Positions 30,859 through 39,666 of a DNA stretch of 64,000 bases are shown here, piece after piece. A program made the position numbers and the translations under genes. Position 1 is the stretch's first letter; every line of letters starts with the position of its first letter. Under the pieces are notes generated by a model. That model was given only the letters and a program-made list of their open reading frames with translations, did no database searches and was not told the DNA's origin. The DNA comes from an uncultured Acidobacteriota bacterium (lineage in GTDB: Bacteria > Acidobacteriota > Blastocatellia > RBC074), in NCBI GenBank assembly GCA_963796275.1, contig CAWCKY010000001.1:1088001-1152000 (forward strand). Reading direction: 5' to 3'.

Positions 30859-31054
30859 TAAATCGAGAATACGTCGATTTCAACTAGATGAATGTCAAGA
30901 CAAGCCACAGAGCCGCAGAGACGCTGAGAAGGAAAATAGGGGATAGTCGGTCGGGCTATCTCGATGGTTTTATCTTCACCGTGTCTCTGTGCTACTGTGG
31001 CTTATTCTTGGTATCCACCCAAATTAATTAATAGTTCGGTCAAAGGAGGGATGG

Positions 31055-32074
31055 ATGAAAGTTGCTGATGTATTTCGTGGTTGGGGACGTATTCTGAGCG
31101 GATATCGACCGATGCTGTCGATCGAAATTACGCGCGAGTGTCCTCTACGCTGTCCGGGATGTTACGCATACCAGCCGGAGCATTTGGGGGATGTCGGACC
31201 GCTCCGATCGCTGGCGGACTACAAGGGGCAGGAGTTGATCGATAGAGTACTTGAGCTGGTGCGCCGGCATCGTCCGCTCCATCTTTCGATTGTGGGCGGC
31301 GAGCCTTTAGTGCGGTTCAGGGAATTGAACGAATTGCTGCCTCGACTGGATGAGATGGGTATCGAGATCCAGCTCGTCACAAGCGCGGTCAGGCAAATAC
31401 CGCCGGAATGGACGAAGATCAAGGGGTTGCACCTGGTCGTATCGATTGACGGCCTGCAACCGGACCACGACCGCAGGCGCAAGCCGGCTACTTACGACAA
31501 GATCGTGCAGAATATAGTGGGACACTCTATCATCGTTCATTGCACGATTACCCATCAGATGATGGTAAAAAATAATGCAGGAGAGAAGTACTTCGAAGAG
31601 TTCCTCTCTTTCTGGTCGGCGCGCCCTGAAGTTCGGAAGGTCTGGTTCAGTATCTTTACTCCTCAAATAGGAGAAGAAGCCGAAGAGATATTATCGCCGG
31701 AGGAGAGATCGTCGGTATTGGCTGAGATAGCGCGACTGCGGCCGCTCTTCCCCAAACTGTATATGCCGGATGTAATCCTGCAGGGGTATCGCAAGCCTCC
31801 GCAATCTCCGGATGAATGTATCTTCTCGCGCACAACATTGAGCATCACGGCCGACCTGAACAGCCGGATATCTCCGTGCCAGTTCGGCGGAAACCCCGAT
31901 TGTTCACAATGCGGCTGCATAGCATCTGCCGGGTTGGCGGCCATAGGCGAGTATCAATTGTTCGGAATTCTACCGGTGAGGTCGATCTACTTTGCGTCGG
32001 ACCGCATCGGCCAGACGGCATCTCGTATATTTAATGGAAATGAATCTGCAGGAACTGAAAAAGTACGCAATTGA
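31055..32074 (+). CDS. Radical SAM protein
   Basis: CPLRCPGC, VGGEP, SIDG, C-terminal CIF...PCQFGGNPDCSQCGC. Confidence 0.9.
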   Translation: MKVADVFRGWGRILSGYRPMLSIEITRECPLRCPGCYAYQPEHLGDVGPLRSLADYKGQELIDRVLELVRRHRPLHLSIVGGEPLVRFRELNELLPRLDEMGIEIQLVTSAVRQIPPEWTKIKGLHLVVSIDGLQPDHDRRRKPATYDKIVQNIVGHSIIVHCTITHQMMVKNNAGEKYFEEFLSFWSARPEVRKVWFSIFTPQIGEEAEEILSPEERSSVLAEIARLRPLFPKLYMPDVILQGYRKPPQSPDECIFSRTTLSITADLNSRISPCQFGGNPDCSQCGCIASAGLAAIGEYQLFGILPVRSIYFASDRIGQTASRIFNGNESAGTEKVRN

Positions 32075-32324
32075 ACATCGAATCGAGATCAAGTTCGGAA
32101 ATCCTCATACTGGCCACGAATGCCTGATCAACAGCAGGGGGCTGGTAAATATTCCGGGCGAAGATAAAGATTTTCGCGTCGAGGATGTGCTGGATGCGGC
32201 GGAAAAGTTCGAGATCGTCAGTGGCGCGAGCGCTCAACATCACAATCGAGATGCGATGAGCAAGATTATTGCTGATGCCTCTGCAGGGAAGGCATCAGGA
32301 GCGCACGAGGAAGAGGATGACTGA
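32040..32324 (+). CDS. Small hypothetical protein with acidic tail
   Basis: MNLQELKKYAIEHRIEIKF... overlapping the upstream gene end; ends EEEDD. Confidence 0.65.
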   Translation: MNLQELKKYAIEHRIEIKFGNPHTGHECLINSRGLVNIPGEDKDFRVEDVLDAAEKFEIVSGASAQHHNRDAMSKIIADASAGKASGAHEEEDD

Positions 32325-32327
32325 GCA

Positions 32328-32412
32328 TTTTACATTGTTCATTTAACATTGTTCATTTGTCATTTAGTAGCTGTTATTGGGTCAAGATAAATGAACAATA
32401 AACAATGACAAT
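32328..32412. repeat. Inverted heptamer array (CATTGTT / AACAAT)
   Basis: Degenerate 7-mer arms between cluster genes. Confidence 0.65.
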
Positions 32413-32444
32413 GCTGCCCTCCCCCGATCAACAAACAACCAACA

Positions 32445-33435
32445 ATGAAGAAGCTTTCTTTTATAGTCCGCGAAGCAGCATTTATTACCCGCGGACTATT
32501 ATCGACCAAGCACCCGATCCTTGCGCACCTCGTCCCGATGCGGCGATGTAACCTGTCGTGCGGGTATTGTAACGAATACGATAAGACATCCGACCCGGTG
32601 CCGCTTGAGGTAGTAAAAGGCCGGATCGATAAGCTGGCTGAACTCGGCACCTCGATTGTTACTCTCAGCGGCGGCGAACCGATGCTGCATCCGCAGGTTT
32701 TTGAGATATTCGCGCATATTCGATCGCATGGCATGATCGCGGGGCTGATCAGCAACGGGTACTATATGACCAAAGAGCGGATCGAGAAGTTAAACGCCGC
32801 CGGTCTCGAATACCTGCAAATCAGCATCGACAACGTCACTCCCGACGAAATATCGCAGAAAAGCCTCAAGGTACTCGAACGTTACCTGGGTTATTTGTCC
32901 CAATACGCTAAATTTCACGTAAGTATCAATTCGGTTATTGGCGGCGGCATCAAAAATCCGGAAGACGCGCTGACAGTGGCGCGCCGCGCCGTTGAATTGG
33001 GATTCAGCAGTTCACTAGGCATAATTCACGATCGCACCGGACAGCTCAAGCCGTTGAGTGAAAAAGAGGCGAAGATTTACGAAGAGTTGAAGAGTTTCGG
33101 GAAAAAGAGCTGGACGCGGTTCAATCGTTTTCAGGATGATCTGGCTTATGGCAGGCCGCACGATTGGCGATGCCGTGCCGGAGCCAGGTATCTTTATATC
33201 TGCGAGAATGGGTTGGTTCACTATTGCTCGCAGCAGCGGGGATTTCCCCGGAATACCGCTTGAGAGTTATTCTTTGGAAGATATCAAGCGCGAGTTTTAT
33301 AGCGAAAAGCCTTGCGCGAAGATGTGTACCATCGCATGCGTTCAACAGGTTGCGATGATCGATAACTGGCGCTCGCCTCAGCAACAAGATAACCCTCCTA
33401 GTCAGCTTGATACTGAATCGGCTTATGGGTCGTGA
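32445..33435 (+). CDS. Radical SAM protein with SPASM/twitch-like domain, frameshift near 33248
   Basis: [32 protein letters not shown]; continues in another frame as GIPLE...[10 protein letters not shown] to the stop at 33435. Confidence 0.87.
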
Positions 33436-33558
33436 GTCTCTTTTCCTGGTATAACCATATCATTTAATTGCCGACTTCGGCTGTCTTGGCGGGTTGATAA
33501 GTATCAGCCTTGAGTTTCATTTTTTCGACTCCCGCCTCAATCCAGATCAAGTTGTGCT

Positions 33559-36500
33559 CTAGTAGTCTTCAGGACTTGTCAGTTCTATTTGCAGAGTGCC
33601 AATACTAGATTCCACTGAGAAAGTCGCTGCATATTCCAGCCCGGAAGACAATATCGCCTGAATATCTGACTGGTCTCGACTTGCAATTTTACCCACTAGT
33701 TCATTATTCACCCAAATGCCGAAGGAAGATAACTCAATATCTTCAATAGGGCGTAGAGAGGCTGCATCCTGCGATAACTTTGTTAATTCTGTTTCTGCTT
33801 CGATAAAAGTTTTTCCACTAGTGAGTAGCTCCACTGCTGGCCCGCCTTTTTGATCACGGCAAAATTCCAGCAACAGTCTAAGCTCGGCAAAAGATGCTGA
33901 AAAGAGTTGTTGCCACTGGGTTAGGCTAAGCTGACGCAACCACGTAAAAACGTCCTGCTGTGCATTTGCTGTAAACCAGCATTTAGCTATTCGCATTGCC
34001 AGGGTTCTCGAAGTCATTCCTTTTAACATAAGTTCTGTCGCTGTAGTGTTATCCACACCCCAACGCACATACGCAGGTAAGATTCCTGGAATAACGCAGA
34101 TAACACCTTCAGCCTCCAAGAATTGATTAGTCCATGCGACTATCGTGCCGAAAACCCAGGGAAAAAATCCCTCAAAATATTGGGATATCAAATCGCCGAG
34201 CTGCTCGAAGCGGTAATCAATATCCTTGATGAGTTGTAGGTGTTTATCGGCAAGTTCTACAATCTCAGCTCCTTGTATCCAATCAATTAGTACATCTTCG
34301 ATAGAGATGGCAATTGCTGTTCGATGCTTGCCCCCTCTTTTCGCATATACCGACCGTTGCGGGGCTTCTGGCAGCATAAGTATTTGGTCCAGACGTCCAT
34401 CTGCTAGGATATATCTTATCAACCTAATGGTATCTTTAGGAAGATCGTCAACTGTGATCGAGTTAGCAAGAGATCGAGAAATGTGCTCAATTTTGCTAGC
34501 CGAGCTTACCGATGTACCGGCGGCTGACCAGCGTCGACGTAGGTTTTCATCTGTTTTCCTATATCGATCAAGGGTTAGTTCTGCGAGTTCAAGCCATTTA
34601 TTTTTATGATCGTCGGTTAGCTGAACCCATGCAAGAGTGTGGCTCAGTACATTGCTAATCCGCTCGATAGTTAAGTGTTCATGGTCAATCTTTTCCAATT
34701 CAGATGCAATGAACCACACAAATGACAGGAAATTTGAGACAGTATTACTCGCGATTTGGAAGAGTGCGTCCTCAGTTGTGCGTTGGATATCTTCGAAATG
34801 GGAAAGCTCGTTTAATGCATGCTCTGTTGCTAGCATGGAGAGTACCTGTGTGTCATCATTTTTCGGATCTAATCGCTCGAAATCTGTTGTATTAGGTCTG
34901 GACTGTAGAGCCAAAACGACAATACCCTCAGTTTCTTTAGTAGCACGTCCAGCTCGCCCAATAATGTTTATCAATTTGGATCCTTTAATATATTCATTGT
35001 ATCCGCTCGCGCTGTATGATCCCTGTGAGGCTATTACAACCGATCTGACAGGAAGATTCACACCTTCTCCCATGGTAGTTGTTGCTACCAAAAATTTTAT
35101 ATGACCATTTACCACTGCTTCTTCTATAGCAACCCTTATTTCGCTTGGGAGAGAACTATGATGATAAGCAACTCCATTCTGGAGAACCTCCCACAGTGGG
35201 TGTTTGGCGCCTAATCTCGCTTCAACTAAATCAAGTATGCCTTTGAGTTGATAGTGGCTTGAAAGTGGCTGAGTCTTTGCTATTGCACGTGCCATTCTGG
35301 CTGCTTGCGGGCGCGTACCCTCGATGATCAGCACAGAACCTGCCTTAGCTAGGTGAATAATGATTGGTAAGAGCGATTTGTAAAATGGAGTGCTGTGATC
35401 ATCTTCCTTTTTTCTATTGCCACTGGTATCAACTATGAGGGCTAGCTGGCCTATTGGTTTAGTTGTTCTAATTGAACTTGTTTCTCCTGTTGCTGATAAT
35501 CTTACGTCTAGCTGTCCAAAGAGGGGATGTATTACTCGAAGCGGATGGGTAGGCGAGCGTCTCTTTATCTCTGTTCTGGTATCCCAATTCACGTTGGTGG
35601 AGTAAATCGTGTGAATCCGCCTAGGTCCCCGCCAATCTGAGGCTCGATGTATAGCGGTATTGCCGCCTTCCTCCAGCCATTTTACAAAGTGAGCCTGGTT
35701 ACCAACTGCAGCCGATATTAAGATTATACGTTGGCTGTTGCCGTTCGTCGCGTAATGAAGGTAGGCGAGATCTTGCTCTAATATCCAGCCACGCTCCGGG
35801 TCATTAATGTTATGAACTTCATCAAAAATGAACAACCCTACCTCGTTTAAAACTCTTGTGCTGTCAGTGCGAAGTAGGTAGGACAGCCGCTCTGGGGTCA
35901 TAACTTCGACTTTCGGGGCAGAGGTCGGGAACTCCCTCAACCAACCTCCTTCTGGCAACCCATCTACTATCTCTTTTCCGAAGAAGCGAAGGCGTGACTC
36001 GAGAGACACTCTTACCTCTCGACATAAACTTCTTGTTGGTGCCACATAGTAAACTGACGTTCGATTTTTAACTAAATGCGACGCGATAATTAGTTGTGCC
36101 AATAGTGTCTTGCCGCTGCTGGTGGGCGTTGATAGGAAAAGCCGCTTCACTTCCGAGGAAAGTGGAGATGGATCATTGGGTCCACTAGGCTTAAGCAACT
36201 CAATCTGTGGCGGCCAGAATGTCAAGACTTTTGGGCGGCCCATTACAAAGGCCTTTGTCAAATTGATTGGAGTATCAGGTGGAAGCAGCGTCCAGATAGA
36301 GCTTTTGTCCAGGTCGCTCGATAAATCAAGTAAATGAGCTGCTATCCAACGTGAGATTTGATCATCTGTCGATGGCTCTGCGATAATGGCCTTCTGCAAT
36401 GTATGTCGCGCCTTTTCGAGAGCCCCTCGATTACCATATACCAAAAATGTCATCAGGTCTTTTGTTCCTAGTGCGACACCTGCTGCCGCGCCGTATGGCG

Positions 36501-37050
36501 TAGAGAAGATATCGTCAATATCCCAATCGATTATCGCCTGCCTTATTTCTGCTTGTATGTTTTTGACCGTTTTATAAATATAGCTGACATCAAAACCTAA
36601 AAATGCCACCCCGAAGTAGAGAGAAATGTTTGTGAATTCCGAAAACAGAGAAACTGGAGTTAGATTTGAGCCGACCTCCTGATTGTATACGGCTATTGCA
36701 TTGGGATTAAGCTCACTGCGTAAATAAGCTATTTGTGAACCAAAGCAAAACTTAAGCTTATCTGTTTGATTTAGCTCTGGAATTTTTGTCGCAAGATCAA
36801 ATATGTGGCCCGCAATTCTGAATGCCGCCCGTTGTCTATTGAGCCCATATATGCGTAGGGCATATTTAGATGATGCGATAGCATGCAGATACCACGCCGT
36901 TTCGATGAGAGTAGCATCAACTTGCGGCTTGCTGAGAAGCATCGAAAGCTCGGCTTGGGCAATCAAGCCTGTTACCTCTTCAGCAGATGGAAGAACGTCG
37001 TGCTTACCGAGGGCGAGTCGGAGAATATCAGGATTCAAAGCCCTTTCCAT
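33559..37050 (-). CDS. hamB: SF2 DEAD/DEAH (Ski2-like) helicase, Hachiman HamB-like
   Basis: PTSSGKT, TPER, DEVH, SAA, HHS, ATTTMGEGVNLP and GRAGRA motifs; long helical N-terminus; AT-richer than flanks. Confidence 0.75.
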   Translation of the reverse strand: MERALNPDILRLALGKHDVLPSAEEVTGLIAQAELSMLLSKPQVDATLIETAWYLHAIASSKYALRIYGLNRQRAAFRIAGHIFDLATKIPELNQTDKLKFCFGSQIAYLRSELNPNAIAVYNQEVGSNLTPVSLFSEFTNISLYFGVAFLGFDVSYIYKTVKNIQAEIRQAIIDWDIDDIFSTPYGAAAGVALGTKDLMTFLVYGNRGALEKARHTLQKAIIAEPSTDDQISRWIAAHLLDLSSDLDKSSIWTLLPPDTPINLTKAFVMGRPKVLTFWPPQIELLKPSGPNDPSPLSSEVKRLFLSTPTSSGKTLLAQLIIASHLVKNRTSVYYVAPTRSLCREVRVSLESRLRFFGKEIVDGLPEGGWLREFPTSAPKVEVMTPERLSYLLRTDSTRVLNEVGLFIFDEVHNINDPERGWILEQDLAYLHYATNGNSQRIILISAAVGNQAHFVKWLEEGGNTAIHRASDWRGPRRIHTIYSTNVNWDTRTEIKRRSPTHPLRVIHPLFGQLDVRLSATGETSSIRTTKPIGQLALIVDTSGNRKKEDDHSTPFYKSLLPIIIHLAKAGSVLIIEGTRPQAARMARAIAKTQPLSSHYQLKGILDLVEARLGAKHPLWEVLQNGVAYHHSSLPSEIRVAIEEAVVNGHIKFLVATTTMGEGVNLPVRSVVIASQGSYSASGYNEYIKGSKLINIIGRAGRATKETEGIVVLALQSRPNTTDFERLDPKNDDTQVLSMLATEHALNELSHFEDIQRTTEDALFQIASNTVSNFLSFVWFIASELEKIDHEHLTIERISNVLSHTLAWVQLTDDHKNKWLELAELTLDRYRKTDENLRRRWSAAGTSVSSASKIEHISRSLANSITVDDLPKDTIRLIRYILADGRLDQILMLPEAPQRSVYAKRGGKHRTAIAISIEDVLIDWIQGAEIVELADKHLQLIKDIDYRFEQLGDLISQYFEGFFPWVFGTIVAWTNQFLEAEGVICVIPGILPAYVRWGVDNTTATELMLKGMTSRTLAMRIAKCWFTANAQQDVFTWLRQLSLTQWQQLFSASFAELRLLLEFCRDQKGGPAVELLTSGKTFIEAETELTKLSQDAASLRPIEDIELSSFGIWVNNELVGKIASRDQSDIQAILSSGLEYAATFSVESSIGTLQIELTSPEDY

Positions 37051-37853
37051 ATTGCTTGTTGCACCTTTTCAGAAAACAACGGAAAATCGTCAATGGCAGT
37101 CAACATCCCTCTAAGTCTATTAGGTGTCGTGAAGCGCGGGAATTGAGTTCCAAATGTTGTGAAACAATTTGATGGAATGTTTGTTGAGTTAGTTGCGACA
37201 GCGACCCCAACCGAAGCTTCGGGACTTGCATCGATCCATAAATCAATTAGTTTGCCATAAAACTCTGCTAGTTCTGTATCTTGTAATTCTTGACCAATAG
37301 CTGTATACCTTGCTAAATATTCGGTTGCCCTTGTTTTTAATTGCTTATAGGCAGTGTTGACAGTATTGCTCACAGGTGATTGCCCCGTGGATTTCTTGAT
37401 TTCCCATAATCGAAACATCAAATCGCCATCTGGTACCTGATGAATCGCCATTCCGTCACCGCCATGATCCGTGGCCGCGAATCCGGATCGCTCAATTCTC
37501 CTTATTGGTTCAACTGATGACTCCAGGACAAGAAAGTACCAAAGATATTGAGATACTGCACCTTGGAGATGATCTGAACTAAGGGCTTGAGTCGGGAGAC
37601 CGAAGATTGGCTTTATAAATCCTTTGCTGAGTGCTTCGTAGGAGGTAGGCGGCAATTGTGTCCCACTTAAGAAGCGGTGTTTCCATGCCTCATAATGATG
37701 CGGACACTGAATGCAACGATCCTTCATTATCTTGTCTGCCAGACACACTGCCAAAGAATAAATTGGAGTCAGAATAGGATCATGACGTATGAGTGTCCAG
37801 GCGTGTGTTTGCTCGGCAGTCTCAATTTGCCGAAAAAAGTTACTCAGCTTCAT
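37035..37853 (-). CDS. hamA: PD-(D/E)xK nuclease-like protein, Hachiman HamA (DUF1837)-like
   Basis: 272 aa; GGDG...WEIKK motif; overlaps the helicase start by 16 nt. Confidence 0.65.
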   Translation of the reverse strand: MKLSNFFRQIETAEQTHAWTLIRHDPILTPIYSLAVCLADKIMKDRCIQCPHHYEAWKHRFLSGTQLPPTSYEALSKGFIKPIFGLPTQALSSDHLQGAVSQYLWYFLVLESSVEPIRRIERSGFAATDHGGDGMAIHQVPDGDLMFRLWEIKKSTGQSPVSNTVNTAYKQLKTRATEYLARYTAIGQELQDTELAEFYGKLIDLWIDASPEASVGVAVATNSTNIPSNCFTTFGTQFPRFTTPNRLRGMLTAIDDFPLFSEKVQQAIWKGL

Positions 37854-38605
37854 CGGTTCTTTTCAGTGTAGGGTTTGTGCTTTTGCTTGTGTCAATGGCG
37901 ACGTAAAGCTGAATCGCTCGCGCTCTTTGTTAAACAGAAATTCAATCCCTATCCATACCAAGCCCAGTTTCCGTTTTGTACGCATTATCGAGTGTGTGGG
38001 ATGGCAAATCCCCCTTGAGTTACGACGAGATATTCCTATCAAGGGTAGCCGTAGTATAAAACTACTCTTATCGTTTCGCAACAGGACTCGCAGGTGTGAA
38101 TGGAATCTGCCAGCAGAAGTTTGCGCGTATTTTTGCCAACCATGAGTTGCGACGATTTAGATAGGGAAGTAGGACAAATAGAATTGCGGGAGAGTACATC
38201 TTAAGCAGATTGCCGGGTTCATTCATGAGACTGCGACGAAATAGCCAGGCGAAGTTCAAGCATAGCTGTCAGCCCAGTTTAAGGTGGAGAGCCATCCGAA
38301 CCGACTGGCGAAATTAAGCTTGAGTCTCTCGTTAGAGATGCCCCCGGGCGGCAGGCCAAAGCAGCCGCCCAGAGAAAAGAAAGAGACGCTGTTGATATTA
38401 CCGGAGCGTTGGGAAGGCGTTAGCCTATTGTCGACGCAGACGCAAAACAGGCTAAAATCTATCCGTACATCAAGCCGATAGACAACAGCTTCGTTTCTGA
38501 GGAGAAGAATGAACCGAGATTTCCTTTACCTCGACCCTGCCCAAATAAATAGCAGTTCGATAATGTCCTCGCGCACGAACTTCATCATATCGGTAAAAGA
38601 GATAA

Positions 38606-39665
38606 TCAGGGCCGCAATTCTTTGATCACCTTATCCACGAATTCTCGATCTTCGGTAATCTTTTTGTATGCCGGTCGCGTCAAAAATGCCTCCCATGCCT
38701 TCTGGAAATCGGGAGCCAGTTGCTTGGCTCTCCGGAAAGACTCCAGCGCTTTCTCGCGCTCTCCGGCCAGGTAGGCGATGAATCCCACGTTCAAGTGATC
38801 ATCCGGATTGTTCGGCGCGTAATAGGCGGCTTTCTCCGCTGCCGCTAGCGCTTCCTTATCTTTATTGTCACTGAGTAACTGCCCAACCCGCCCGGCGTGG
38901 TTAATTCTGAGCTGGATGTTGAGCAGTCGCCGCAACTCCGCCATCGGCTCGGGGTGATCATCCACGTTGATGAACGCCACGCGATCATTGTTGAGATTAC
39001 GGCCGCCTCCCTTCCCCACCACGAGAATGGAAGCCGATTGCCGGCCGCGACGATCGCCGCCCGCGTCGTCACCCGCCTTTAAGGCCGCATAGAGTCGCTC
39101 GGAAAGTTCGCCGCGCGTGTTCTCGAACGCGCGGGCCATCGCCTCCACTAACATGCTCACCGACCAGGATATTACCCTGGACCGAGTAGGTGGCGCCTTT
39201 CTTGTGGCCTTTCCAGTCCTGGGCCGCCGTCCCCGTGAAGACTGCGACATTGCCCTTCGCATCGACGATAGCAATCTGGCGGCCGTCTTTGCCCCGGAAA
39301 GAATCTTCAGCCATGAGACGATCCAGCACTTGCTGGGCGGTCAGTCCTTGCTTCAGTAGTTCAAGCGCGCGCAATCCGTAGCCCACATTGACATTGGCTT
39401 GCGTCGCCACGGCGCCCACGTCGGCTTCAGCCCAAGGCACCACCGCGCCTACGGCGAAGTAGCGCGATGCCACTGCAATGCCCAGCTCTCCGGTAGCCGG
39501 ATCGATGCCAACAATGGAAAAGGTCGCATAGGCAGAAGTCGAGAGCAGCAATGGCCAAATCAGCAGAATGACGAATGAGAGCCAATAATGACGGCTATTC
39601 TTATGATTCAGGTCTATCTTCTTTGTCTTTTTCATGTTCTTACTTGTCTCCCGAATGTCGCCCAA
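38606..39665 (-). CDS. DUF1028 (Ntn-hydrolase-like) protein with signal peptide and C-terminal TPR, frameshift near 39150
   Basis: TFSIVG.DPATGELGIAVAS, GAVATQA, QGNIL, then L.AG..AGGDRRGRQSA...VDDHPEP in the second frame. Confidence 0.85.
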
Positions 39666-39666
39666 G

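Noticed and set aside
26879-32324. Small ORFs as RiPP precursor peptides for the radical SAM enzymes
   Set aside because: They look like folded ~90-aa proteins with no leader/core pattern, and no RRE/PqqD, peptidase or exporter gene is nearby. Not fully excluded.
37860-38600. Third defence gene or integrase upstream of hamA
   Set aside because: Only short ORFs with no recognisable motifs; no att-like repeat found by eye.
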